61,070 bases of DNA from Chloroflexota bacterium. Lineage in GTDB: Bacteria; Chloroflexota; Dehalococcoidia; UBA2979. The position numbers and the translations under genes are program-made. This document shows, piece after piece, positions 36,474 through 45,538 of this stretch (positions within the stretch are counted from its first letter, which is position 1; the number at the start of each line of letters is the position of its first letter). The stretch lies in NCBI GenBank assembly GCA_027592645.1, contig JAQCKI010000003.1, positions 1 through 61,070 of the forward strand, given 5' to 3'. The notes beneath the pieces were generated by a model. The model had not been told where the DNA came from. It ran no database searches and saw only the letters and a program-made list of their open reading frames with translations.

Positions 36474-37172
36474 CTACCGTGTGGCCGCGGCAGGGCGCGG
36501 CACCAGGTCTGGGCGGGTGGCAAGGACGAATCCGAGCGCGGCGGCGGTGATCAGCCCCTCGCCGATGCCGATCAGGGCGTGCACGGACACCATCGCCGGG
36601 AACACCACCTCCAGCGGCGACGTACCGGAGGCCGCGAGTTGCAGCGCGGTCGCGATCGCGGAGGCCTCCACCGTGATCCACGCTGCCACGAAGGCGATCC
36701 CGAGCGCGGCCGCGTTGCCGAGGGCGAACGGGCGGCAGACGCGGTAGATCAGCGTGGCGAGCAGCACTGTGATGATGCCCATGTTCAGAATGTTGGCCCC
36801 CATCACCACCAGGCCGCCGTCCTGGAACAGCAGTGCCTGCAGTGCGACCACGGCGGTCAGCACGATGATCGCGGCCCACGGGCCCAGCAGGATCGCCGCC
36901 AGAGCGCCGCCCACCATGTGGCCCGACGTGCCGCCCGCGACCGGGAAGTTCATCATCTGCGCGGCGAAGATGAATGCCGCCATCACGCCCATCAGCGGGA
37001 CGGCACGCTCGTCTAGGTCGCGATCCGCGAATCGCACCGCGAGTGCGAGTACCACGATGGCGATCACCCACGCCGCCAACGAGATCGGCGTGGAGAGGAA
37101 TCCATCCGGGATGTGCAATCCCGGTGGGAGCATGGCGCCTGCTGGCGCGGAGACTGTCGCGGCAAGGATCAC
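36474..37172 (-). CDS. cbiM: ECF Ni/Co S component (CbiM/NikM)
   Basis: HIPDGFLS, FAAQM.NFP..GGTSGH, QALLFQDGG...GAN..NM, H.LIGIGEG. Start ambiguous (GTG 37172, ATG 37133, TTG 37118). Confidence 0.88.
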   Translation of the reverse strand: MILAATVSAPAGAMLPPGLHIPDGFLSTPISLAAWVIAIVVLALAVRFADRDLDERAVPLMGVMAAFIFAAQMMNFPVAGGTSGHMVGGALAAILLGPWAAIIVLTAVVALQALLFQDGGLVVMGANILNMGIITVLLATLIYRVCRPFALGNAAALGIAFVAAWITVEASAIATALQLAASGTSPLEVVFPAMVSVHALIGIGEGLITAAALGFVLATRPDLVPRPAAATR

Positions 37173-37627
37173 GATGCTGCCTGTCCCTGCTCGATCCGCG
37201 CCCGGCACCCGGGGCACCGGCCGCGAAGCGCCAGGTGGCGCACCGAGACTTCGAATCCGGATTGTTCGCGGATTTCCCGCTGCAGGCCGGCGATCGAAGT
37301 GAGCGGCACTTCGACCTCTGCTCCACACCCGTCGCAGGTCACGTGGTGGTGCCCGGGCTGATCGGCGACCCACTCGAACCGCATCTCGGCCTGAGGTGTT
37401 CGCATGGCGTGCACCAGGCCAGCACCTTCCAGCGTCTCCAACGCGCGGTACACGGTGGATCGAGCCACCCGCGTCCACGCGTCATCCTCGTGCAGTTGCG
37501 CCAGCACCTCGTCCGCCGTCCGATGCCCACCGCCATGCCGTAGCGCGGCAGCCACGGCCAGCCGTGGCGCGGTCCGGCGCAGGCCGGCCGCGCGGATCGC
37601 CTCGGTGGTGTCGGTTTCGCAGCAGAT
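37169..37627 (-). CDS. Fur family transcriptional regulator (no canonical start; candidate ATC start at 37627)
   Basis: IRAAGLRRTAPR, STVYRAL..LE..GLV, HHHVTCDGCG, GRCPGC; the open frame continues past the GTG at 37555. Confidence 0.82.
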   Translation of the reverse strand: MCCETDTTEAIRAAGLRRTAPRLAVAAALRHGGGHRTADEVLAQLHEDDAWTRVARSTVYRALETLEGAGLVHAMRTPQAEMRFEWVADQPGHHHVTCDGCGAEVEVPLTSIAGLQREIREQSGFEVSVRHLALRGRCPGCRARIEQGQAAS

Positions 37628-37793
37628 CGTCGGCCACCTTCGGTGTTGCGACTATTCGCGTCTACGGAGCATCGCGGGAGCCGGAGCGCTCGTCAAGGCG
37701 GCCGTCACCAGCACCCCGCATTGGCCCGCTTGCGGACGCCGAGGGGAGCGCGACACACTGACAGCGCACCCCAATCTGAAGGCGAGCGTGTCC

Positions 37794-39140
37794 ATGCCGT
37801 CCATCCTTGAGACCTACGAGGCGATGCACGGAGGGTCGCGCGTGCTGGCCGCCCAGGCCGCCACCGTCTTCCCCTCCGGCGTTACGCACGATGCCCGAGC
37901 CTTCTCGCCGTTCCCCGTCTACATCCAGCGCGCCGATGGCCCACGTAAGTGGGACGTGGATGGCAACGAGTACGTCGACTACATCGGCGGTCACGGGGCG
38001 TTGCTGCTGGGCCACAACCGGCCAGAGGTGATGGCCGCGGCGCGCGCGGCGATGGAGCGCGGGACGCACTTCGGCGCCAGCCACGACCTGGAGATCCAGT
38101 GGGGCCAGCAGGTGATCCAGATGGTCCCCTGCGCCGAGCGCGTCCGCTTCACCTCCTCTGGCACCGAGGCGACGATGATGGCGCTGCGCCTGGCGCGCGC
38201 TTACACCGGCCGCGAACGCCTCGTGAAGTTCGTCGAGCACTTCCACGGCTGGAACGATCAGGTGGTGGGCCATCTCGTCGAGGATGACGAGCACCCTCAC
38301 TCGGTGGGCGTGCCGGACGCGCTGTACGAGCACCTCACGGTGCTGCGGGATGGCGACGAGGCGGCGCTGGAGACGGTGCTGAAGCGTCGTGACACCGCGG
38401 CCGTGATCCTGGAACCTTCCGGGGCGCACTGGGGCACCCACCCCGTCTCGCCTGAGTTCCTGCGCGCCATCCGCCGCCTGACCGCCGAGACCGGCACGCT
38501 GATGGTCATGGACGAGGTCATCACCGGCTTCCGCATGGCCCCCGGTGGCGCCTCCGAGCGGTACGACGTGATCCCGGACCTCACGACCCTGGCGAAGATC
38601 CTCGCGGGCGGCTTCCCGGGCGGGGCGGTCGCCGGTCGCTCCGAGATCCTCGACTTCATCGAACTGCGCGAGGCGGACACGGACTGGAACTCCCGCCGCC
38701 GCATCGCGCACCAGGGCACGTTCAACGCGAACCCAGTGTCCGCCGCCGCCGGTGTGACCGCACTCCGACTGATCGCGGAGGGCGACCACTGCGCTCAGGC
38801 GGATGCCACCGCCGCGCTGCTGGTGAGGTCGCTCAACGACCTGTTCCGGACGGCGTCCGTGCCTGGCTCGGCGTTTGCGACCTCCAGCATGTGGCACGTG
38901 AACCTCGGCTACGCCGCACCGAAGCCGGCCGACGTGGAGTGGGACGCCGCCGAGGAACCTCACGGCATCGTTCCGGCGCTCACACGGCCGCTGCGCCAGG
39001 CGCTGTATAACCACGGCGTGGACCTCATGGGTAACGGCGGCATGGTCTCCAGCGCCCACGGCGAGCGAGAAGTTGCGGACACCGTGCGCACCTTCCGCGC
39101 CGCGATCGATGACCTTCGCGCGGAAGGCCTGCTGGGCTAG
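37794..39140 (+). CDS. Class III aminotransferase (glutamate-1-semialdehyde aminomutase-like)
   Basis: WDVDGNEYVDY, FTSSGTEA, HFHGW, ILEP, MDEVITGFR, LAKILAGG, GTFNANP. Confidence 0.88.
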   Translation: MPSILETYEAMHGGSRVLAAQAATVFPSGVTHDARAFSPFPVYIQRADGPRKWDVDGNEYVDYIGGHGALLLGHNRPEVMAAARAAMERGTHFGASHDLEIQWGQQVIQMVPCAERVRFTSSGTEATMMALRLARAYTGRERLVKFVEHFHGWNDQVVGHLVEDDEHPHSVGVPDALYEHLTVLRDGDEAALETVLKRRDTAAVILEPSGAHWGTHPVSPEFLRAIRRLTAETGTLMVMDEVITGFRMAPGGASERYDVIPDLTTLAKILAGGFPGGAVAGRSEILDFIELREADTDWNSRRRIAHQGTFNANPVSAAAGVTALRLIAEGDHCAQADATAALLVRSLNDLFRTASVPGSAFATSSMWHVNLGYAAPKPADVEWDAAEEPHGIVPALTRPLRQALYNHGVDLMGNGGMVSSAHGEREVADTVRTFRAAIDDLRAEGLLG

Positions 39141-39218
39141 CGCACGCGGAAGCGGGCGAATCTCGGGCGCTGCGCCGGGATAACAGCAGAATTTTGCGCA
39201 AACACGGCTGTGCTCTCC

Positions 39219-39227
39219 TGTGGACAA
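39219..39227 (-). promoter_or_regulatory. DnaA-box-like 9-mer (TTGTCCACA)
   Basis: TGTGGACAA on the + strand, intergenic, upstream of the 3D-domain-like gene. Confidence 0.4.
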
Positions 39228-39279
39228 CTCGGGGGATGCGAGGGCGCCGCTGGTTCCCGATCACTGACATACTCCGCCC

Positions 39280-39999
39280 GTGCGGTGGAAACTCATCCGC
39301 GTCCTGCGGCAGTCAATGCTGCGCGGCGCATACGTGGCGGGTGCCGGTTTCGGTCTCGCGCTTGTCCCTGGGGCAGGCGGCTTCATGCTGGCCAGCGGCC
39401 CGGTGGTGACCATCGTCGAGAGCGTGGTCAGCGCCATCCCGGCCGGCCCGGCTGAACTCCGCGCCACCGTCGTCCCGCTCCGGGGTCCCACCGAAGGCGC
39501 AGTCTCTGTTGTCCTCGTGAGTGAGCGGGCGCTGGAGGCGTCCCGCATTGCGGTGGCCGAAGCTGACGCCGAGACGACCGCCGACGCTCAAGCCGCCATC
39601 GTGCAGCAGCCTGAACCGCCCGCTCCCACAGTGTCGGTGCCCGCGGTCATCAAGGATCGCGAGCCGCCCCTGCAGCCCGGCGATGTGGTTCCGGCCACGC
39701 TCTCGTTCTATTACTGCGAGGAAGGCCCCGGCGGCCTGCATCCTGGCGACGGGGGCGGCTTCTGTGGCGTGATGCGGGACGGGACCGTGGTGTATGAGGG
39801 CGCGGCTGCCTGTGCCTACGCGTACCTCGGCCAGCAGTTCCGCGTGATCGGCGACCCTCTGGGCCTGATCTACCGCTGTGCAGACACCGGAAGCGCCGTA
39901 CACGGCCAACACCGGGATATCTGGTTCCACGACAGCGACGCCGGCTGGTCCTGGCAACTGGCGATGGGCCAACAGGTGCTCATCGAGATTCTGCCCTGA
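39280..39999 (+). CDS. Secreted or membrane-anchored protein with C-terminal 3D-like (putative lytic transglycosylase) domain
   Basis: N-terminal hydrophobic segment, Ala/Pro linker, SFYYC...DGT....AAAC...G..F, CADTGSAV.G..RDIW. Start uncertain. Confidence 0.62.
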   Translation: MRWKLIRVLRQSMLRGAYVAGAGFGLALVPGAGGFMLASGPVVTIVESVVSAIPAGPAELRATVVPLRGPTEGAVSVVLVSERALEASRIAVAEADAETTADAQAAIVQQPEPPAPTVSVPAVIKDREPPLQPGDVVPATLSFYYCEEGPGGLHPGDGGGFCGVMRDGTVVYEGAAACAYAYLGQQFRVIGDPLGLIYRCADTGSAVHGQHRDIWFHDSDAGWSWQLAMGQQVLIEILP

Positions 40000-40191
40000 C
40001 CCCTGCCCGGACGGGCGTGCGAGGTCGGTTCCTCATCCAAACTTCACCATGCGCTGCGGGGCATGCACTTGCCCATCGGCTCAATGCACGTCATCATCGA
40101 TTGTGCAGGTATACACAAACCCACCGGGCATGATCCCGGTGCCACCGCCCCGTCCGCCCCGGGTGACACGCCCGTTAGAGGAATGGAACAG

Positions 40192-40512
40192 ATGACGACT
40201 GACGCCAGCCGCCGAGAATTGCGGGCCGATATCGGCCTGCGCATCCGTGAGTGGCGCCTCCGTCGGGAGATGTCCCAGGCGGACGTCGCCCGCCATGCGA
40301 GCATCACCCAGGCCTCCCTGTCCAACTACGAGAACGGCAAGCGCGATATGCCCCTGTCCACGCTGATTGGCGTGGCCGGTGCGTTGAACGTCTCGCTCGG
40401 TGACCTGCTCGACCTCCCCGACGTGATCGTCGTGCGGGACTCCCTGCTCGGCCGGGCGGTGGAGCAGCTCCAGACGCGCGTGCCGGTGGGCGCTGCGGAG
40501 GCCGCCTCCTAG
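40192..40512 (+). CDS. XRE family HTH transcriptional regulator
   Basis: IGLRIREWR..REMSQADVA...ITQASLSNYENGKR....L..VA.ALNVSL.DLL; AGAGGA RBS. Confidence 0.9.
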   Translation: MTTDASRRELRADIGLRIREWRLRREMSQADVARHASITQASLSNYENGKRDMPLSTLIGVAGALNVSLGDLLDLPDVIVVRDSLLGRAVEQLQTRVPVGAAEAAS

Positions 40513-40550
40513 GCCGCCTCCTAGGCACGGCACGGTTCGATGAACTCACG

Positions 40551-40589
40551 GACGGCCCCTGCAGCAATGCGGGGGCCGTCTGGTTTTTT
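40551..40589 (+). terminator. Rho-independent terminator
   Basis: GACGGCCCCTGCA-GCAA-TGCGGGGGCCGTC followed by TGGTTTTTT. Confidence 0.8.
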
Positions 40590-40665
40590 CCGCGGATCGG
40601 GCCCGCAAGCGGTTCCTCCGCCCGCGTATACTCACGACGACGCACATCGCTGAGGGGGGCACATC

Positions 40666-42066
40666 TTGGCCAATGACCGACCATCGACGCTCGGAGCCCT
40701 GAAGGCCGCAGGCATTCAGGTGCTGCCCGTTCGCGAAGAGATGAGGAACAACCTCATCGCGAAGATCCGGAGTGGAGAGACGATCTTCCCCGGCATCGTG
40801 GGCTACGACGAGACCGTCATCCCGCAACTCCAGAACGCGATCCTCTCCGGGCAGGACGTCATCCTGCTCGGTGAGCGCGGCCAGGCGAAGTCGCGCATCA
40901 TCCGCGCACTCACCTCGCTCCTGGATGAATGGACGCCGGTCCTCGCCGGGTGCGAGATCCCGGAAAACCCGTACCGCCCGATCACCTCATTCGGCAGGAC
41001 GCTGGTCGCGGAGCAGGGCGACAACGCCCCCATCGAATGGATGAACCGTTCCGAGCGATACGGCGAGAAGCTGGCCACGCCGGACATCACCATCGCTGAC
41101 CTCATCGGCGAGATCGACCCGATCAAGGTGGCGGAGGGCCGCTACCTCTCCGACGAACTGACGATTCACTTCGGGCTGATCCCGCGCACCAACCGCGGCA
41201 TCTTCGCGCTGAACGAACTCCCTGACCTGCAGGAGCGCATCCAGGTGGGCCTCCTGAACGTCATGGAGGAGCGCGATGTCCAGATCCGCGGCCACAAGGT
41301 GCGCCTGGAATTGGACGTGCTGGTGGTCGCCACGGCCAACCCGGAGGACTACACCAACCGCGGTCGCATCATCACCCCGCTGAAGGACCGCTACGGCTCT
41401 CAGATCCGCACCCACTACCCGCGCAACATCGAGAACGAGATCGCGATCATGGAGGCGGAGACCACCCACCTCCGCACGGACGAATTCGAGATCATCGTGC
41501 CGGAGTACATGAAGGAGATCGTCGCGGAGATCACGCGTCTGGCGCGCCGCTCGCCGGACGTCAGCCAGCGCTCCGGTGTCTCCGTCCGCGCCTCCGTCGC
41601 GAACTACGAGGCGATGCTCGCGAACGCGATGCGCCGCGCGATCCGCCTCGGCGAGACCGTCGTCGTGCCGCGCATCTCCGACCTGCCGTTCGTCGTCCCC
41701 TCGCTCCAGGGCAAGGTGGAGTTCGAGACGGTGGAGGACGGCAAGGACGAGCAAATCCTCGATCGCCTGATCCAGGGTGCCGTGGTCGCCACCTTCAACC
41801 GCACCGTCGGCGAGGTCGACCTCGAGCCCATCGTCGAGGCGTTCAAGACCGGCCGTGCCGTGGAGGCCGGCGAGGCGCTCCCGTCCGCTAACTACACCCG
41901 CCTGCTCCGCGACATCGAGGGGCTCGCCGAGGTCGTCGGTTCGATCACCAGCGATGAGCGGCCGCAGGTTCAGGCCTGCGCCGTGGAGTTCGTGCTGGAG
42001 GGCCTGCACCTCAACAAGCGCCTGAACAAGGACCGCGTCGGCGGACAGGCGCTCTACCGGGGGTAG
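40666..42066 (+). CDS. AAA+ ATPase (Mg-chelatase/MoxR-like, Rv0958-type)
   Basis: TTG start after GAGGGGG; GERGQAKS Walker A, RGIFALNELPDL, ATANPEDYTNRGRIITPLKDR. Confidence 0.88.
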   Translation: MANDRPSTLGALKAAGIQVLPVREEMRNNLIAKIRSGETIFPGIVGYDETVIPQLQNAILSGQDVILLGERGQAKSRIIRALTSLLDEWTPVLAGCEIPENPYRPITSFGRTLVAEQGDNAPIEWMNRSERYGEKLATPDITIADLIGEIDPIKVAEGRYLSDELTIHFGLIPRTNRGIFALNELPDLQERIQVGLLNVMEERDVQIRGHKVRLELDVLVVATANPEDYTNRGRIITPLKDRYGSQIRTHYPRNIENEIAIMEAETTHLRTDEFEIIVPEYMKEIVAEITRLARRSPDVSQRSGVSVRASVANYEAMLANAMRRAIRLGETVVVPRISDLPFVVPSLQGKVEFETVEDGKDEQILDRLIQGAVVATFNRTVGEVDLEPIVEAFKTGRAVEAGEALPSANYTRLLRDIEGLAEVVGSITSDERPQVQACAVEFVLEGLHLNKRLNKDRVGGQALYRG

Positions 42067-42108
42067 CCGCGAGGCCGACCCCCACGCCGAGGAGAATCGA
42101 GGCCGCGC

Positions 42109-44457
42109 ATGCCCCTCACGTTTCGGTACAGCGAATGGGACGGGACCCAGACGATCCCGTCGCTGGACGCGGACGACGTGCTGGAGGCGCTGTCCGACGA
42201 CCTGATGAACTTCGGCGACCTGCAGCACGCGCTGCGCAACCTGATGCAGCGCGGCACGCGCACGCCGCAGGGCGACCGGATGCAGGGCCTCCGCGACATC
42301 CTCCAGCGGCTGCGCCAGATGCGCCGCCAACGCCTGGATCAGTACGACATGGGCGGCGTGATGGATGACATCCGCCGCCAACTCGAAGAAATCCTGGAGA
42401 TGGAGCGGGACACGCTCCGCGACCGCATGGGTGAGGCGGGCGAGCAGGGCCTTCAGGACCAGCAGCCCGGCGATGGGCAGCAGGGCCGCTCCGAGCAGGG
42501 CCAGGACGCGCAGGGTGACCAGCCGCAGGGCCTGGAGGGCATGGACGGCGAAGGCGACGCGGACGGCCACTCCGCCGATGGCGAAGCGGACATGGGCACG
42601 CCCGGCCAGGCCGGGCGCCGTCAGCCCGGCGCGCAGGCCCAGCGCGGGCAACAGCAGCGCGGTCAGCGCGGACAGTCATCGCCACAGTCCGGACAGCCCT
42701 CGGGCAGCCCTCAGTCGGGCGAGCCCGGCGATGGCAGCGAGCCCGGTCAGTCGGGCGAGCAGGGCCAGGCCGGCGGTGGGCAGCAGTCCCCGGAGCAGCA
42801 GTTCCAGGAGATGCTCCAGCGCATCGCGCAGCGCAAGCAGGACTTCCTGGACGGCCTCCCGCAGGACGCCCCCGGCCAGATGAAGGAGCTCCAGAACTAC
42901 GAGTTCCTGAACCCGGAGGCACAGCACAAGTTCCAGGAGTTGGTGGATCAACTCCGCCAGGCCATGACCAACCAGTTCTTCAAGGACGTCGAGAAGATGG
43001 TCCAGGAGATGTCCGAGGGCGACGTCCAGCGGATGAAGGACATGGTGAAGGCGCTCAACGACATGCTCGCGCAGAAGATGCGCGGGCAGGAGCCGGACTT
43101 CGAGTCCTTCATGGACCAGTTCGGCGACATGTTCGGCGACAACCCGCCGCAGTCGCTCGACGAACTGATCGATCAGATGCAGGCGCAGATGCAGGCGATG
43201 CAGTCGCTGATGCAGTCGATGCCCGGTGACCAGCGCGATGCGCTGCAGAGCCTGCTCTCGGACCGCCTCGGCGACCCGGAACTGCAGTCGGAACTCTCCG
43301 AACTGGCGCAGAACCTGGACTTCATGAACCCGAACCAGGGCGACCCATCCTCCTACCCGTTCCGCGGCGACGAGGAAATCGGCCTGGAGCAGGCGATGCA
43401 ACTGATGTCGGAGATGCACGACATCGACGACATGGAGCGCGACCTGGAGCGCGCCCAGTACACGGGCGACCTGGAGAACGTGGACCTGGACCAGCTCCGC
43501 GACCTCCTGGGCGATGACGCCGCCCAGCAGTTCGAGGAGTTGAAGAAGCTGCTCGAGGTGCTGGAGCAGGCCGGCTACGTCCGCCGCGAGGGCGACGAGT
43601 GGAAGTTGACCCCACGCGGCACGCGCATGATCGGCCAGCGCGCCCTCACCGAGATCTACAAGCAACTGAAGAAGCACGGCCTGGGCAACCACGCCATGCC
43701 AGAGGCGGGACGCCACGGCGAGCGGCTGGACGAGTCCAAGCCGTACGAGTTCGGTGACCCGTTCCACCTGGACATGCGCCGCACGATCATGAACGCGCTG
43801 GAGCGCGAGGGCCGCGGTGCGCCGGTCAGCCTGGACCCCGAGGACTTCGAGGTCTACCGCACCGAGATCGTCACCACGACGGCGACGGTGCTGATGGTGG
43901 ACCTCTCCTGGTCGATGGCACTCCGAGGCTCCTTCCAGGCCGCCAAGAAGGTGGCGCTGGCGCTGCAGAACCTGATCCGCACGCTGTACCCGAAGGACAC
44001 GCTGTACGTCATTGGCTTCTCCGCCTACGCGCGCGAGTTGAAGCCGCAGGAGTTGCCGTACGTCCGCTGGGACGAGTCCGTGCTGGGCACCAACATGCAC
44101 CACGCACTGATGCTGGCGGAGCGGATGCTGGCGAAGCATCGAGGCGGTTCCAAGCAGATCCTGATGATCTCGGACGGCGAGCCCACGGCGCACCTGGAGC
44201 GCGGCCGCTCCCAGTTCGCCTACCCGCCGAGCCCGATCACGATCCGCGAGACGCTGAAGCAGGTGAAGCGCGTCACCCAGCAGGGCGTGACCATCAACAC
44301 CTTCATGCTGGACCGCAACCACTACCTGAAGGAGTTCGTGAACCAGCTGGCCAAAATCAACGGCGGCCGTGTCTTCTACACCACGCCGGACCGGCTCGGC
44401 GAGTACCTGCTCGTCGACTACGTCTCGCACAAGCGGAAGCGCGTCAACCCGCGCTGA
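42109..44457 (+). CDS. VWA domain protein (Rv0959-type) with Gln/Gly-rich insertion
   Basis: FRYSEWDG, LTPRG, PYEFGD, MIDAS DLSWSM, TNMH, ISDGEP. Confidence 0.88.
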   Translation: MPLTFRYSEWDGTQTIPSLDADDVLEALSDDLMNFGDLQHALRNLMQRGTRTPQGDRMQGLRDILQRLRQMRRQRLDQYDMGGVMDDIRRQLEEILEMERDTLRDRMGEAGEQGLQDQQPGDGQQGRSEQGQDAQGDQPQGLEGMDGEGDADGHSADGEADMGTPGQAGRRQPGAQAQRGQQQRGQRGQSSPQSGQPSGSPQSGEPGDGSEPGQSGEQGQAGGGQQSPEQQFQEMLQRIAQRKQDFLDGLPQDAPGQMKELQNYEFLNPEAQHKFQELVDQLRQAMTNQFFKDVEKMVQEMSEGDVQRMKDMVKALNDMLAQKMRGQEPDFESFMDQFGDMFGDNPPQSLDELIDQMQAQMQAMQSLMQSMPGDQRDALQSLLSDRLGDPELQSELSELAQNLDFMNPNQGDPSSYPFRGDEEIGLEQAMQLMSEMHDIDDMERDLERAQYTGDLENVDLDQLRDLLGDDAAQQFEELKKLLEVLEQAGYVRREGDEWKLTPRGTRMIGQRALTEIYKQLKKHGLGNHAMPEAGRHGERLDESKPYEFGDPFHLDMRRTIMNALEREGRGAPVSLDPEDFEVYRTEIVTTTATVLMVDLSWSMALRGSFQAAKKVALALQNLIRTLYPKDTLYVIGFSAYARELKPQELPYVRWDESVLGTNMHHALMLAERMLAKHRGGSKQILMISDGEPTAHLERGRSQFAYPPSPITIRETLKQVKRVTQQGVTINTFMLDRNHYLKEFVNQLAKINGGRVFYTTPDRLGEYLLVDYVSHKRKRVNPR

Positions 44458-44477
44458 CGCGCGTCACACGTTCGAGG

Positions 44478-44515
44478 AACAACGAGGCCCGGCAGCGATG
44501 CCGGGCCTCGTCGTT
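44478..44515. terminator. Hairpin between convergent VWA and VOC genes
   Basis: ACGAGGCCCGGCA-GCGA-TGCCGGGCCTCGT. Confidence 0.7.
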
Positions 44516-44545
44516 GTGTGCGAAGGGAAGGAAGGTGCGCCGTCG

Positions 44546-45463
44546 CTACTCCCAGATGCCGGGGCGCTCTTCCCAGAAGAACTGCACGAGCATCCCACCG
44601 GTGTGGCGCGGGTGAATGAATGCCTCGCTCCATGCGGAGCCGTCGCTCATGCCGGTGTCCTGCCCGAAGACAGGGATCTTGTGGTGTGCCAGCGCGGCGA
44701 GCGCGTGCTGGAAGTCGCGTACCTGCACGGTGATGTGGTGCATGTTGGGTCCCCGCGCGTCCAGGAAGCGCTGGATGAACGAGTCCTTACCCGCAGGCTC
44801 GATCATCTCGAACCGCATCTGCCGGGTGGGCGTATCCAGCACCGTGGTGCGGAAGCCGCTCGACGTGTTGCTGTCCGTGGCGGAGCGGTACGCGGTCTGG
44901 CAGCCCAACACGCGCTCGTACCACCCGGCCAGCGAGTCGCGGTCGTGCGTCGCGTAGGCCAGGTGGTTCACCGCCACGATGCCCAGCGTGCGCTCGCCCT
45001 CGTCCTCGTACGGGTCAGAGGCGTGCCACGGGTCGCCGGTGTACATCTGCCACAGGAACCCGTGTCCGGCACCCCGAGGGTGCATGTAGACCATGCCCCG
45101 GCCGTCATCGCCATCTGCCCCTGGCTCTGTGGCCGGCTCGTATCCCCACGGCTCGAAGCCCTCGGTGCGGATCGTTTGCACGGCCTCGTCCACGTCTTTG
45201 ATTTGCAGCGCTACGTGGTGCAGGCCCGGGCCGGAGACGCCGTTCAGGAACCGGTGCAGGTAGGAGTCCGGCCCGTTCGGGGCCAGCACCTCCCACGCGA
45301 GGTCCGAGGATCCCGGCACGTCCAGGTTCGCACCGAAGTAGCCCTCCGGGCTTTCGAACTGGTCGACGAAGCGGAAGCCCATCACCCGTGTGAGGAACTC
45401 GATCTGCGGGCCCAGCACGGGCACCGCCATGCTGATGTGGTCAACCTTCACGATCTCAATCAC
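44546..45463 (-). CDS. Tandem VOC (methylmalonyl-CoA epimerase-like) protein
   Basis: Two modules: DHISMAV..WEVLAP..FL..GPGLHHVA..YMHP..G.L.Q and NHLAYA..FEMIEP..FL..RGPNMHHI..FIHP..GGMLVQ. Confidence 0.8.
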   Translation of the reverse strand: MIEIVKVDHISMAVPVLGPQIEFLTRVMGFRFVDQFESPEGYFGANLDVPGSSDLAWEVLAPNGPDSYLHRFLNGVSGPGLHHVALQIKDVDEAVQTIRTEGFEPWGYEPATEPGADGDDGRGMVYMHPRGAGHGFLWQMYTGDPWHASDPYEDEGERTLGIVAVNHLAYATHDRDSLAGWYERVLGCQTAYRSATDSNTSSGFRTTVLDTPTRQMRFEMIEPAGKDSFIQRFLDARGPNMHHITVQVRDFQHALAALAHHKIPVFGQDTGMSDGSAWSEAFIHPRHTGGMLVQFFWEERPGIWE

Positions 45464-45538
45464 ACGGACCTCCCGGACGGACGCCCTTCGATTCTATCGG
45501 TACGCCTCCTACAGCCCACCCGCGATAGCATTTGACCG

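Noticed and set aside
37794-39140. Calling this gene hemL
   Set aside because: No tetrapyrrole genes nearby, and the N-terminal motif (SGVTHD) differs from canonical GGVNSP; left as a class III aminotransferase.
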